From contig JBFJHJ010000011.1 in NCBI GenBank assembly GCA_041613315.1, positions 10,531-74,530 on the forward strand: a stretch of 64,000 nt of DNA, written 5' to 3'. Both the position numbers and the translations under genes were made by a program. Below, piece after piece: positions 10,365-23,222 of this stretch (the stretch's first letter is position 1; each line of letters opens with the position of its first letter). The notes below the pieces were generated by a model. It worked only from the letters and a program-made list of their open reading frames with translations. It was not told the origin of the DNA and did no database searches. The stretch comes from Gemmatimonadales bacterium. Its GTDB lineage: Bacteria; Gemmatimonadota; Gemmatimonadetes; Gemmatimonadales; GWC2-71-9.

Positions 10365-11303
10365 ATGGCTGAACGCCAGTGGACCGTCGTCATCGTGCCG
10401 AACGGGGCCCGACATTCGCGTTCCGTTCGCGTATCGTTGCGGGCGCTGCGGGTCAGTCTCGGTGTCCTCGGCGTCCTCGTCGCAGGGGGCGCCGTCTTCG
10501 GATACTCGGCCGTGTCGAAGACGATCGACCTCTCGCGGCTCGACCGCCTCGAGCGCCGCAATCAGCTGTTGACGCAGGAACTCGAGCGCGCGCAACTCCT
10601 CGTCACCGACCTGAGCGATACCGTGGCGGCGATTGCGAAGCGCGATGTGCAGGTCCGCCTGCTGGCGGGCCTCGAGCCCACGGACCCTCAGGTGCAGCTG
10701 GCCGGCATCGGCGGTCCGACACCCACGTGGACGGAGCGTGAACACATCCTCTCGGAAGGGTTGGAAGGCCGGCAGGCGCTCACGATGCGCTCGGACCTCG
10801 ACGCGCTCCTCAGACGGGCCAACCTGCTCTCGAACTCGTACGGCGAAGCGCTCGAGAGCTTGACGGTCCACGTCGATCGCCTCGAGCGCACCCCGTCGAT
10901 GTCGCCGATCTCCCCGACGCAAGGCTGGTTCACGAGCCCCTTCTCCGCATCCCGCATCCATCCCATCCACCACGACGCCCGCCCGCATGAGGGCATCGAT
11001 ATCTCGGCCCCCAAAGGCACGCCCATCCTCGCCCCGGCAAGCGGGCGAGTCGTGGACGTGAGCACGCGGTCCGGGTACGGAAAGATGGTGACGATCGACC
11101 ACGGCCACGGCGTCGTGACGCGGTACGCGCACTGCGAGCGGACGCTGGTGCAAGTGGGACAGTGGCTGAAGCGGAACGAGAAGATCGCTCTGGTGGGGAA
11201 CACGGGCATCGCGACGGCGCCGCACCTCCACTACGAGGTGCTGTACCGCGGCCGTCCGGTGGATCCCAGGACGTACATCTTCCCCGACCAGATCGTCGAT
11301 TAA
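10365..11303 (+). CDS. M23 family peptidoglycan metalloendopeptidase
   Basis: N-terminal TM and coiled coil, HEGIDI, YAHC, TAPHLHYEV. Confidence 0.92.
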   Translation: MAERQWTVVIVPNGARHSRSVRVSLRALRVSLGVLGVLVAGGAVFGYSAVSKTIDLSRLDRLERRNQLLTQELERAQLLVTDLSDTVAAIAKRDVQVRLLAGLEPTDPQVQLAGIGGPTPTWTEREHILSEGLEGRQALTMRSDLDALLRRANLLSNSYGEALESLTVHVDRLERTPSMSPISPTQGWFTSPFSASRIHPIHHDARPHEGIDISAPKGTPILAPASGRVVDVSTRSGYGKMVTIDHGHGVVTRYAHCERTLVQVGQWLKRNEKIALVGNTGIATAPHLHYEVLYRGRPVDPRTYIFPDQIVD

Positions 11304-11325
11304 CCGGCGCGCCGTCGCGGTCAGC

Positions 11326-12135
11326 ATGCACATCCCGGCCCGTCGCCGCACACTGACTCGCGGCGGCGGGCCGGTGCGTTTTACCGCCTGCGCGGCGCTC
11401 GCCCTGCTCGGCGCTCCGGCGGCCACGGGGTGCGGCGGCTCCGCACCCGTCGAGGTCCGGGTCTCGCTGGGCCCCGCCACGCCCCTCCCGGACCTCGTCG
11501 TCACGGTTCTGCCGTTCGACCCTTCCGCGCTCCTGGACTCCCTCGCGGCGGCCGCCCCGCGCCCCCGCCCCACGTTCCCCGACCTGGAGCAGACTCTGGC
11601 GGCGTTCCGCCTCCAGGACGATGGGGGGCAACCGTCTCCAGACCAGGCGGTTCGCGCCCTGCGGGACACCGTGACCGGGCTCGCCGACTCGCTCAACCGG
11701 GCCGACCGAGGCGGACCCGGCTACGCGGCGGCGTATGGCCGCTTTCGGCAGCTCTACGCGCGCCTGGTGCAGCGTAGCGCCGAGCAGGACGCCGAGTTGC
11801 GAGCAACGCGCCGCGACGAGTTGGCCCTGGCCCGCCGGGCCCGCGCGGCGGCGGAGTCGCTCCGGGCCTGGGAAGCGGACGCGTACGCACCGTATCCCGA
11901 GATTGCCCGCGCCACCGCCGAGCGGACCGGCCGCACCCCGCGCCAGGCGGCGACCGACAGCACGGGCGCGCTGCGGCTCGAGCTCGGGGCCGGTGCGTGG
12001 TGGCTCGTCGCCAGGACCCCCGACCCGGACAACCCGTTCTTCGAGTATCACTGGACCGTCCCGCTCCGTGTGGCCGGCCTCCCCGTGGCCCTTCCGCTCA
12101 GCGGCCGGAACGCCACCCGTCACTGGCGCCACTAA
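11326..12135 (+). CDS. Hypothetical lipoprotein
   Basis: Lipobox-like 'ATGC', beta-strand ends flanking a long helical insert; co-oriented with its neighbours. Confidence 0.65.
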   Translation: MHIPARRRTLTRGGGPVRFTACAALALLGAPAATGCGGSAPVEVRVSLGPATPLPDLVVTVLPFDPSALLDSLAAAAPRPRPTFPDLEQTLAAFRLQDDGGQPSPDQAVRALRDTVTGLADSLNRADRGGPGYAAAYGRFRQLYARLVQRSAEQDAELRATRRDELALARRARAAAESLRAWEADAYAPYPEIARATAERTGRTPRQAATDSTGALRLELGAGAWWLVARTPDPDNPFFEYHWTVPLRVAGLPVALPLSGRNATRHWRH

Positions 12136-12218
12136 CGTCGGCGGGAACGCGCGACGGCTATATTGCGAGACCGACGCACCGCCCGCGCGGCGGTTCCCCC
12201 GGCTGAAAGCGAGGCACC

Positions 12219-12917
12219 GTGCGAAACGCGAAGGTGATGGGACTCATCGCGGTTGGCGTCGTCGCGGCGGGCGCCGTCGCCTGGCCGATCGCCTCGCGGG
12301 TGCTCGACAAGCCCGGGGCCGCTGAGCCCGAGGCAGCCGCCCCCGCGACCCAGGACGGGACCGAGGCACTCATGTTGCCGGCCCGGACGAAGGGCCGGAC
12401 TGATGCCCCGATCACGGTCTACGAGGTGTCCGACTTCCAGTGCCCGTATTGCCGCATGTTCTGGCAGGAGACGCTCCCCGACCTCGAGAAGGAATACATC
12501 CAGACGGGCAAGGTCCGGTTCATCTTCCTCAACTTCCCGGTCCCGCAGAGCCACGCCAACGCGCCCGCGGCCCACGAGTTCGCGATGTGCGCCGCGCGCC
12601 AAGATCGCTTTTGGCCCGCGCACGACATTCTCTACCGGCAACAGACCACCTGGGCCAAGCTGAACGACCCCGCGTCCTACCTCCGGAGCCTCGCGGATTC
12701 GATCGGCCTCGATCGCAAGGCGCTCGAGCAGTGCTTCGGCGCGGGAGACGTGCGTTGGCTGATCCAGGCGGAGGCGGAGATGAGCTGGCGGGCCGGCGTC
12801 ACCAGCACGCCGTCGTTTATCGTCGAGGGCGCCCTGCTCAAGGGATTCGCGCCGATGGAGGTCTGGCGGCCGATCCTCGATTCGCTCCATGTAGCCCGGA
12901 CAGCGGCCAAGCCCTGA
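12219..12917 (+). CDS. DsbA-family thiol:disulfide oxidoreductase
   Basis: SDFQCPYC, cis-Pro motif GVTSTPSF, N-terminal membrane anchor. Confidence 0.92.
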   Translation: MRNAKVMGLIAVGVVAAGAVAWPIASRVLDKPGAAEPEAAAPATQDGTEALMLPARTKGRTDAPITVYEVSDFQCPYCRMFWQETLPDLEKEYIQTGKVRFIFLNFPVPQSHANAPAAHEFAMCAARQDRFWPAHDILYRQQTTWAKLNDPASYLRSLADSIGLDRKALEQCFGAGDVRWLIQAEAEMSWRAGVTSTPSFIVEGALLKGFAPMEVWRPILDSLHVARTAAKP

Positions 12918-12935
12918 CGGAACCCCGCCGGCGGG

Positions 12936-13670
12936 TCACAGCAGCGCCAATCCGACGTCGTACAGGGCGTGGGTCCAGGCCGTGATCCCGAACCCGCGGG
13001 CGACGTAGAGACCGCTCAGCAGGACGCCGGCCACCGTCCGGAACGTGAAGGACGCCAGCGTCAGCTCGTCGCCGTAGGGCCCCACGTAGTGGAATCCGCT
13101 GAAGATCAGCGCGGACCCGAGCACGGCGACCACCAACGAGACCGGCCGCCCCCAGCCCGCCCGGCGCCCGAGCGCCACAAGCGCCGAGACCAACAGCACC
13201 CGGAACAACAGCTCCTCGTAGATGCCGGCCCCGAGCGAGACCACCAGCTGCGTCCCGACGGGGAGCTCGCCCATGGGCCCGGCCTGCCACGCGAGCGCTA
13301 GCCGCCCGTCGAGAAGCCAAGCGGTGAGAAGCAGTACCACATTGCCGAAGACGGCGGCATACCCCACACTTTCGAAGAACATCCCGGCGAACACCCCGGC
13401 GCGGAGGGGCCCGGGGCGGCGGCGAACGTCCTGTACGACGAACCACGCGCCGGCGCCCAGCAGCAGGATGCCGAACACGGTGAGACCGGTCCGCCCCCCC
13501 AACACCACGAACAGGGTCTTGAGGAGGACATCGGCCCCGTTGCGCACGCCCGCCGCACCCGCCGGCGTGAGCAGGGCGGCCGTCGCCTCGTAGAGGAGGA
13601 GCAGTGGCAGGGCGAAGAGGAGGCTGTAGCGGGGCTCGCGGCTCGCGGCCACATAATGGTGGAGCGACAT
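12936..13670 (-). CDS. CPBP/Abi (CAAX protease-like) intramembrane glutamic endopeptidase
   Basis: GIYEELLFR, FSGFHY, WTHALYD and multiple TMs; ATG at 13670. Confidence 0.88.
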   Translation of the reverse strand: MSLHHYVAASREPRYSLLFALPLLLLYEATAALLTPAGAAGVRNGADVLLKTLFVVLGGRTGLTVFGILLLGAGAWFVVQDVRRRPGPLRAGVFAGMFFESVGYAAVFGNVVLLLTAWLLDGRLALAWQAGPMGELPVGTQLVVSLGAGIYEELLFRVLLVSALVALGRRAGWGRPVSLVVAVLGSALIFSGFHYVGPYGDELTLASFTFRTVAGVLLSGLYVARGFGITAWTHALYDVGLALL

Positions 13671-13698
13671 GGCGGCAAAGCTAGCACATTCGCGGTCC

Positions 13699-14985
13699 GT
13701 GCACGTGGCCTTGTATCGCCTCGCCGCCCGCCTCATGCATCGCCTGCCCCTCCGCCGAGGGACGGTGGCAGCGAGCATTGCCGGGCGGCGCGAGGCGGCT
13801 CAGGAGTGGGCGGCGTGGGCAGCGACGTCCCGCCGCCGTGGCTCCCCGCTCGTCTGGGTCCACGCGGCCTCCGTCGGCGAGATCCTGGTGGCGGATCCGG
13901 TGATCGCCGCGCTCCGCGAGCGGATCCCCGCGCTGCAAGTGGCTCTCACCCACTCGTCTCCCGCGGTGGCGCGGTGGCCGTGCGGGCTGCCGGCCGATGT
14001 CGTCGGCTATCTCCCCCTCGACGAAGCTGGCCCGGTCACCGCGGTGCTCCGCACCCTCCGGCCCACGCTGATCGCCTTCGCCCGGGGCGACGTGTGGCCG
14101 GAGGTCGCGATCCAGGCCGCGGCCCACGGCGTCCGGCTCGCCGTGATGGGCGCGACGGTGCGGCGCCACAGCCGCCGCCTGTCCCCTCTCGCGCGCCCGT
14201 TCTATCGTCGCATCTACCGGCTGCTCAGCTGGGTTGGTGCGGTGTCGGCGGACCATGCCGCTCGCTGGATCCGACTGGGCGCGCCCGCCGCTCACGTGGA
14301 GGTGACCGGCGATCCGCGGCACGACCTGGTGCTCCAGCGCGCCCCCGATCCGGCCGCCGCGCCGGCGCTGGTACCCTGGGCGGCAGGCCGGACGGTGCTC
14401 GTCGCGGGGAGCACGGAACCCGCCGACGAAGGCGTGCTGCTGCGTGCGGCGGCGCTGGTGCTACCCGACCACCCGGCGGCCCGGCTGCTCGTGGTGCCGC
14501 ATGACCCCACGCCCGCCCGGATCCGCCGGCTCATTGCCCGGGCCCGGCAGCTGGAGCTGGCCGTTGCGGTGTGGGACCGGCGTGCTCCCACGCCTGACCG
14601 CGCGATCGTGGCCGTCGCCGAGGCGGGACTGCTGTTTGATCTGTACGGTCTGGGGGAGATCGCCTACGTCGGGGGTGGCTTTCGACCAGGGGGTCTCCAT
14701 GCCGTCATCGAGCCGGCGGCGCTTGGCCGCCCGGTGGCGTTCGGCCCATGCGACCCCGGGGTAGCGGACGCCGAGGCCTTGGTGGCCAGGGGTGGTGGGA
14801 TCGCGTTGCCGCGTCGGCGGCCGCACCGAGCCCTGGCGAGAGTCTGGCGGGGCTGGCTCGCGTCTGCCCGAGGGCGCGAGGCTGCTGGTCGGGCCGCTCA
14901 AGATGTGCTCCGCGATGGGTCCGCGGAGGCCACCGCCCGCGCCCTGCGGGCGCTGGTCGAAGGCCGGCTCACCCCGGGGTATTGA
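13699..14985 (+). CDS. waaA: 3-deoxy-D-manno-octulosonic acid (Kdo) transferase
   Basis: WVHAASVGE, YLPLD, VTGD.R.D, VAGSTE, AYVGGGF…H.VIEPA. The start is 13669 or 13699. Confidence 0.85.
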   Translation: MHVALYRLAARLMHRLPLRRGTVAASIAGRREAAQEWAAWAATSRRRGSPLVWVHAASVGEILVADPVIAALRERIPALQVALTHSSPAVARWPCGLPADVVGYLPLDEAGPVTAVLRTLRPTLIAFARGDVWPEVAIQAAAHGVRLAVMGATVRRHSRRLSPLARPFYRRIYRLLSWVGAVSADHAARWIRLGAPAAHVEVTGDPRHDLVLQRAPDPAAAPALVPWAAGRTVLVAGSTEPADEGVLLRAAALVLPDHPAARLLVVPHDPTPARIRRLIARARQLELAVAVWDRRAPTPDRAIVAVAEAGLLFDLYGLGEIAYVGGGFRPGGLHAVIEPAALGRPVAFGPCDPGVADAEALVARGGGIALPRRRPHRALARVWRGWLASARGREAAGRAAQDVLRDGSAEATARALRALVEGRLTPGY

Positions 14986-15049
14986 CACGCGGACGGGTCC
15001 GTACACTCTGTGCGGTGCCCCACCAACACCCTCTCTCAATGAGGCAAAC

Positions 15050-15589
15050 ATGCGAAGCACGATGGCAGTAGTGGCGGCGATGCTGCTGGCTCCGGGCGTC
15101 GCAGTGGGTCAGGGACAGCCGATTGTCGAGATCGGCACAAACCTCGGCGTTGCAATCCAGAACGCCGGCGGCTCGACGCTCACGCACTTTGGCGCGCCCG
15201 GGCAGGGCATCCTGGGCCAGCCAACGATTTACGCCTCGGTGTATGCGGGGCCGTCCATGCTGGTCGAGCCCCAACTCGCCTTGAACATCATCTCCAGCGG
15301 AGGAGAGACGGCAACGACGGTTGGCCTCGGCGGCCAGGTCGCTTACGCGTTCTCAGGCACCAGTACGAACTCGGGGTACCTCGCAGGCACGGCGGGTTTC
15401 CAATCCGTGTCGGGGGGCGGCTTCTCCGACAGTGACTTCGGAGCGGGGGCGAAGATCGGGTACCGCGTGCTCATTGGAACCAGCGTTGGTGTGCGATTCG
15501 AGGGCGGCTACCGGCGGTGGTTCGACTCCGAACTGAACGAGTTCTCGATCGGAGTCGGCGTGGGCGGCATCATTCACCGGACACGCTAG
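15050..15589 (+). CDS. Outer-membrane beta-barrel protein (small, about 8-stranded)
   Basis: Signal peptide MRSTMAVVAAMLLAPGVAVGQ, alternating amphipathic strands, GAGG RBS. Confidence 0.7.
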   Translation: MRSTMAVVAAMLLAPGVAVGQGQPIVEIGTNLGVAIQNAGGSTLTHFGAPGQGILGQPTIYASVYAGPSMLVEPQLALNIISSGGETATTVGLGGQVAYAFSGTSTNSGYLAGTAGFQSVSGGGFSDSDFGAGAKIGYRVLIGTSVGVRFEGGYRRWFDSELNEFSIGVGVGGIIHRTR

Positions 15590-15689
15590 CGTCGAGCGGA
15601 GGTCGCAGCCGCGGCGCGTCGAGGCAGTGGGCCGGCGGCCCGATGGGGCGCCGCTGGCCTTTACTCGGCCAGTGCCGGAGGCCGCCATC

Positions 15690-16055
15690 TCACGGCTTGA
15701 CGATCAGCCCCTCGTAGGTCACGCTGCGCGGCACCACCAGTCCTCCCGTGATCACCGTGAAGAACACATCGGACCAGCGACTCCGTACCCTGATCTTGAG
15801 ATCGGTGACTTTGGCCGTGCCCGTCACCTGGCCGGCAAGCGCCTTGTCGAGCGACGGCGTGGACGCCGGCACGAGTCCCCACAGGAGGAAGACGGCTTTG
15901 CGGTTGATCCGGAACGACTCGCCGCTCGGGGCGCTCGCGGCGGGCGAGGCCATCGACGCGTCCACGCCGAGAGTCGTGGCATCGAATGTCTGAGCACAGG
16001 CAACGGTGCCGGCGACGAGCAGGAGGAGACACAGGGCGCGGAGAGTTGGTCGCAC
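15690..16055 (-). CDS. Bor/Iss-like lipoprotein
   Basis: Lipobox 'TVAC', FLLWGL, and 'SDVFFTVITGGLVVPRSV', which resembles the Bor family C-terminus. Confidence 0.65.
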   Translation of the reverse strand: MRPTLRALCLLLLVAGTVACAQTFDATTLGVDASMASPAASAPSGESFRINRKAVFLLWGLVPASTPSLDKALAGQVTGTAKVTDLKIRVRSRWSDVFFTVITGGLVVPRSVTYEGLIVKP

Positions 16056-16100
16056 GGGTCGTGATCTTACCGGGTCAGGGTTCGGGGGTTGGGGCGCACG

Positions 16101-16138
16101 CAAACGGGGCACCCCCGAACCAGCCGGGAGCGCCCCGT
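16101..16138 (-). terminator. Probable intrinsic terminator-like hairpin after the barrel gene
   Basis: Minus strand ACGGGGCGCTCCCG-loop-CGGGGGTGCCCCGT followed by a short T tract. Confidence 0.45.
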
Positions 16139-16170
16139 CAAGCTATGTCACGGATCGCAGAGAGGGAACC

Positions 16171-16875
16171 TTACATCCCCACCATGCCGAGACCCGGAAT
16201 GCTGAACTTGAAGTGCGCACCGACCCCCAGGCGAAGCGGGTTCACATCCGCGATGCTCAGCCAGTCGAGCGCCGCGTGGAACCCCAGACCGGTGGGCAGG
16301 CCGATGTTGATGCCGCCCGAGGCACCGAAGCCGGTCTCCGACGCCGAAAGCCCCGAAACCGACACCCGCTGCACGTGCAGGCGGGGGGCCACCCACGGAG
16401 TTATCGACAGGACGGGGCTCGGGACCTTCAAGCCCAGGGCGACGCCGAGGGGGAGGTCGAGGTTCGTGACGTCGGACCCGGGCCCGCCCCCGCCGAACTT
16501 CACATAGCCCACGCCAGCCTGGAGGGCCACCGCCACCGGCACCGCGGGCACATTGAAGAGGCTGACGCCAAAGTTGGCGCCGAAGCCGATCTCACTGTCG
16601 AGACCGCCCTTCGGGTTGATCATGCTGGCGCCGGCCGTGACCGTGAACTTCGGGACGCCGAGGGTGATGCGTCCGCCGTAGGCCAGCGGCTTTTCCCCGA
16701 ACACGAGCTCGGCGTCGCTGTTGACGCCGAGAGCGAAGTCGCCCGCGATCGTCAGCCCGATGCCGTGTGTCGGCTGGTAGTACACCGGCTGGTTGAAGAT
16801 CTGCGCCCTCGCCGGACCGGCGACGAGCGCCAGGGCGAGCGCGAGCGCCGCGGTGCGTGCAAGATGCTCTTTCAT
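16171..16875 (-). CDS. Outer-membrane beta-barrel protein
   Basis: AGGAG RBS, signal peptide ending PARAQ, amphipathic strands. Confidence 0.7.
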   Translation of the reverse strand: MKEHLARTAALALALALVAGPARAQIFNQPVYYQPTHGIGLTIAGDFALGVNSDAELVFGEKPLAYGGRITLGVPKFTVTAGASMINPKGGLDSEIGFGANFGVSLFNVPAVPVAVALQAGVGYVKFGGGGPGSDVTNLDLPLGVALGLKVPSPVLSITPWVAPRLHVQRVSVSGLSASETGFGASGGINIGLPTGLGFHAALDWLSIADVNPLRLGVGAHFKFSIPGLGMVGM

Positions 16876-17014
16876 TGCCATCTCCTGCGACAGGTTGATG
16901 GTTTCCGCCGGTACCACCTATGAGTGCCGGCGGCGTTCCACCCGAGAGGCGCACGATGCGCCACCGGGGACTACGCGTTGGTCGGGTTGAGCCCGTCCGC
17001 GCGTTCCGAGGTAC

Positions 17015-17629
17015 CTACCGAACCCAGACGGCGCTGAGAGCGAAGCCCTCGAGGTCGCCGAGCGACGCGCTGGCGCGGATGTCGAACACCCGGCTGAGGC
17101 GGAAGTCGGCCCCCAACCCCAGCGCGAAGATGACGTCGGTCTCATCGAGCGGACCGCCCACGGTGATGAACAGCGTCGGCTGCGCGTACGGAATGATGCT
17201 GACCTGCGACCCCTCGACGTCGAGCCGGCGGCCCAACGAGAGGCCGGCCGGAATCAACAGGGTCGAGGCATTCGACACGAACTGCCCGCCGACCCCCAGG
17301 ACGAGGGCGCCGTCCAGCGGGAAGTCCTGCGTGTGGGTGATCACCCGAACGCGGGCTTCGACGCCCGCCAGGATGATCGCGTCACCGGGCCCCTCCGGCT
17401 CCAGTACGCCACCCCGGAACCCGATGTCCCAGTTTCGATACCCGAATCGGTACTGCCCCTCAACGGAGTAGTCCGACCCTTGCTGGAATGCCAGTGTCCC
17501 ACCGAACTCGTGGCGCGCGAACGCCCGGTACGGCGCGTTGTAGGACGGCGTGCCCGTCGCTTGCGCGAACGCCGACGCGGTGCCCGCCAGCAGGACGACG
17601 AAGAGGACTCCGACGCTTTTGCGAATCAT
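17015..17629 (-). CDS. Outer-membrane beta-barrel protein
   Basis: Signal peptide ending SAFAQ, amphipathic strands, C-terminal …SAVWVR. Confidence 0.7.
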   Translation of the reverse strand: MIRKSVGVLFVVLLAGTASAFAQATGTPSYNAPYRAFARHEFGGTLAFQQGSDYSVEGQYRFGYRNWDIGFRGGVLEPEGPGDAIILAGVEARVRVITHTQDFPLDGALVLGVGGQFVSNASTLLIPAGLSLGRRLDVEGSQVSIIPYAQPTLFITVGGPLDETDVIFALGLGADFRLSRVFDIRASASLGDLEGFALSAVWVR

Positions 17630-17639
17630 GGGCAGTCTC

Positions 17640-17900
17640 CTAGGCCTCTGCGGCCGGTTCGGCCTGTTCGGCCACGACTCTCACGGTATCCTGCAAGACC
17701 TGCAGGAACCCGCCCCGGACCCGAAACTCGTGCGTTCGCTCGCCATCGCGGATCGTCAGGCGCCCGTCGCCGAGCAGGGTCATGAATGGGGCGTGCCGGG
17801 GGAGGATTCCCACCTCCCCGTCGTACGCCGCGGCGATCACCGCCGTAGCGCCGCCGTCATATACGGATCGCTCGGGAGAAATAACCGTAACGCGCATCAC
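17640..17900 (-). CDS. atpC: F1 ATP synthase epsilon subunit (N-terminal beta domain only)
   Basis: VISPER, GEVGILPRHAP, VRGGFLQV; 86 aa; follows atpD. Confidence 0.93.
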   Translation of the reverse strand: MMRVTVISPERSVYDGGATAVIAAAYDGEVGILPRHAPFMTLLGDGRLTIRDGERTHEFRVRGGFLQVLQDTVRVVAEQAEPAAEA

Positions 17901-17930
17901 AGTGATTCCCAGGTCACAACCGGTTCATCG

Positions 17931-20298
<2,368 letters not shown>

Positions 20299-20307
20299 CG
20301 CGCCTGG

Positions 20308-21843
<1,536 letters not shown>

Positions 21844-21882
21844 GACGTAGCCGGTCGTGGGTTGGCAGTGGTGGAATCTAGA

Positions 21883-21900
21883 TTGTGAAAAATATCACAA
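21883..21900. promoter_or_regulatory. Palindromic operator TTGTGA-N6-TCACAA (Rex- or CRP/FNR-type) upstream of atpA
   Basis: TTGTGAAAAATATCACAA has perfect 6-bp arms. It is an AT-rich island 40 bp upstream of atpA, next to a minus-strand TAGATT -10-like hexamer. Confidence 0.65.
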
Positions 21901-21990
21901 GGAGGCCGATGGGACCAGACCTGCCGCTCCCGCCGCTCCTCCCTCGCCGCCCTCCTGCCCCCTCGGGAAATACCGGGCCGGGTCGATGCC

Positions 21991-22788
21991 TCACAGCCGG
22001 CTCCGCGTCCTCCCGCGGGCGAAGCGGAGCAGCACCCCGCGGGGGCCCAGCCGGCCCAACTCCGTGGGAGCCACGCCGGCCACACGGCGGCTGTTCTCCG
22101 CCAAGTGACTGGCGGACGCGAACCCGAGGATCTGGGCCACCGTCAACACGCGGTAGCCCGGGTTGGCCAAGAGGTCCGCGGCGCACGCGGCCCGGGCCAG
22201 ATCGATCAGGCGTTTCAGGTTGGGCGCGCCGCCCGCGGCGAACTCCCGCGAGACGTGCTCCCGCGTGCGGCGAAGGGTGCGCGCGATGTCCTGCGTCGTC
22301 GTCCGTCGCCCCACCCGAAGCAGCACCTCGTCCCAGACCCGCAACTGGAGCGGCTCGGTGAGCCGCAGGAGTCGCGGACCGTCGGCCAACTCGGCGCGGC
22401 GCACCATGGACGCGGCCCGGGCGAGCACGATCTCCCCCGCCGCGGCGTCGTCCACGCCCTCCACCAAGAGGGTCACGCCCGCGCGGCGGCACGCGTCGAT
22501 GCGGGGACCGTCGTCCGGGCGGAACGGCCCGGCGATCACCATGGGGATCCGCGGATAGCGTGCGGCGAGCGTGAAGACCGGCTCGAGGTTGCCGGTGCGT
22601 GCGTCCACCACCACCGCGTCCACCAGATCACGCGCCAGTCGACGCACGACGGCGTCGAGGGACCGGCAGCTCACCACGCGGAATCCCCGCCGTGGGATGC
22701 CGCGACGGATCGCCGTCCGCAGCGACGCGGATCGGTGGAGGACGGGGATTACCCCACGGCCGTCCTCCGACGCCGGGCTTTCCGGCAG
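21991..22788 (-). CDS. AraC-type HTH regulator with a receiver-like N-terminus (start uncertain)
   Basis: TTQDIARTLRRTREHVSREF and 'VAQILGFASASHL' AraC signatures; 'VDAVVVDA' REC-like strand. Confidence 0.72.
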   Translation of the reverse strand: MPESPASEDGRGVIPVLHRSASLRTAIRRGIPRRGFRVVSCRSLDAVVRRLARDLVDAVVVDARTGNLEPVFTLAARYPRIPMVIAGPFRPDDGPRIDACRRAGVTLLVEGVDDAAAGEIVLARAASMVRRAELADGPRLLRLTEPLQLRVWDEVLLRVGRRTTTQDIARTLRRTREHVSREFAAGGAPNLKRLIDLARAACAADLLANPGYRVLTVAQILGFASASHLAENSRRVAGVAPTELGRLGPRGVLLRFARGRTRSRL

Positions 22789-23222
22789 AGAGTCGGTGCC
22801 GAGCGCGCCGCTTGCTCGAGAATCGCTCGGGCATTCGCGTAGGGGATGATCGCCAGCGCGCCGTCGAGCTCCTGCCACTCGCAGCGGGTGATCCCCTCGG
22901 CTTCCTGCGGCGTCGGACGGCCGCGGGCCGACTCGAAGAGGAAGAAGTGGCAAAACTTGTGGATCAGCCGACCGCGAAAGCGAAAGTACCAGTCGATCAC
23001 GCCGAGCGGCACGTGGAGCTCCAGCCCGTCGAGACCGGTCTCTTCGCGGACCTCCCGGCGGGCCGCCGCTTCCGGCGCTTCATCGCCGTGCACGTGACCC
23101 TTGGGGAACCCCCAGTTCTCGTACGCGTCCAGGATCATGAGGTAACGTGGCCCGTGCGCGGTGCATCGGAACACGACCCCGCCCGCGCTCGTCTCGCGCT
23201 TCGCCCGCGCTCGCCGCGCCAC
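22749..23222 (-). CDS. NUDIX hydrolase (Ap4A hydrolase-like)
   Basis: SAGGVV, WGFPKGHV…AAARREVREETGL Nudix box. Confidence 0.92.
   Translation of the reverse strand: MARRARAKRETSAGGVVFRCTAHGPRYLMILDAYENWGFPKGHVHGDEAPEAAARREVREETGLDGLELHVPLGVIDWYFRFRGRLIHKFCHFFLFESARGRPTPQEAEGITRCEWQELDGALAIIPYANARAILEQAARSAPTLCRKARRRRTAVG

Noticed and set aside
14982..15007. TTGACA…TACACT promoter for the barrel gene at 15050
   Set aside because: The spacer is only 14 bp, so it is not supportable as a standard sigma-70 promoter.
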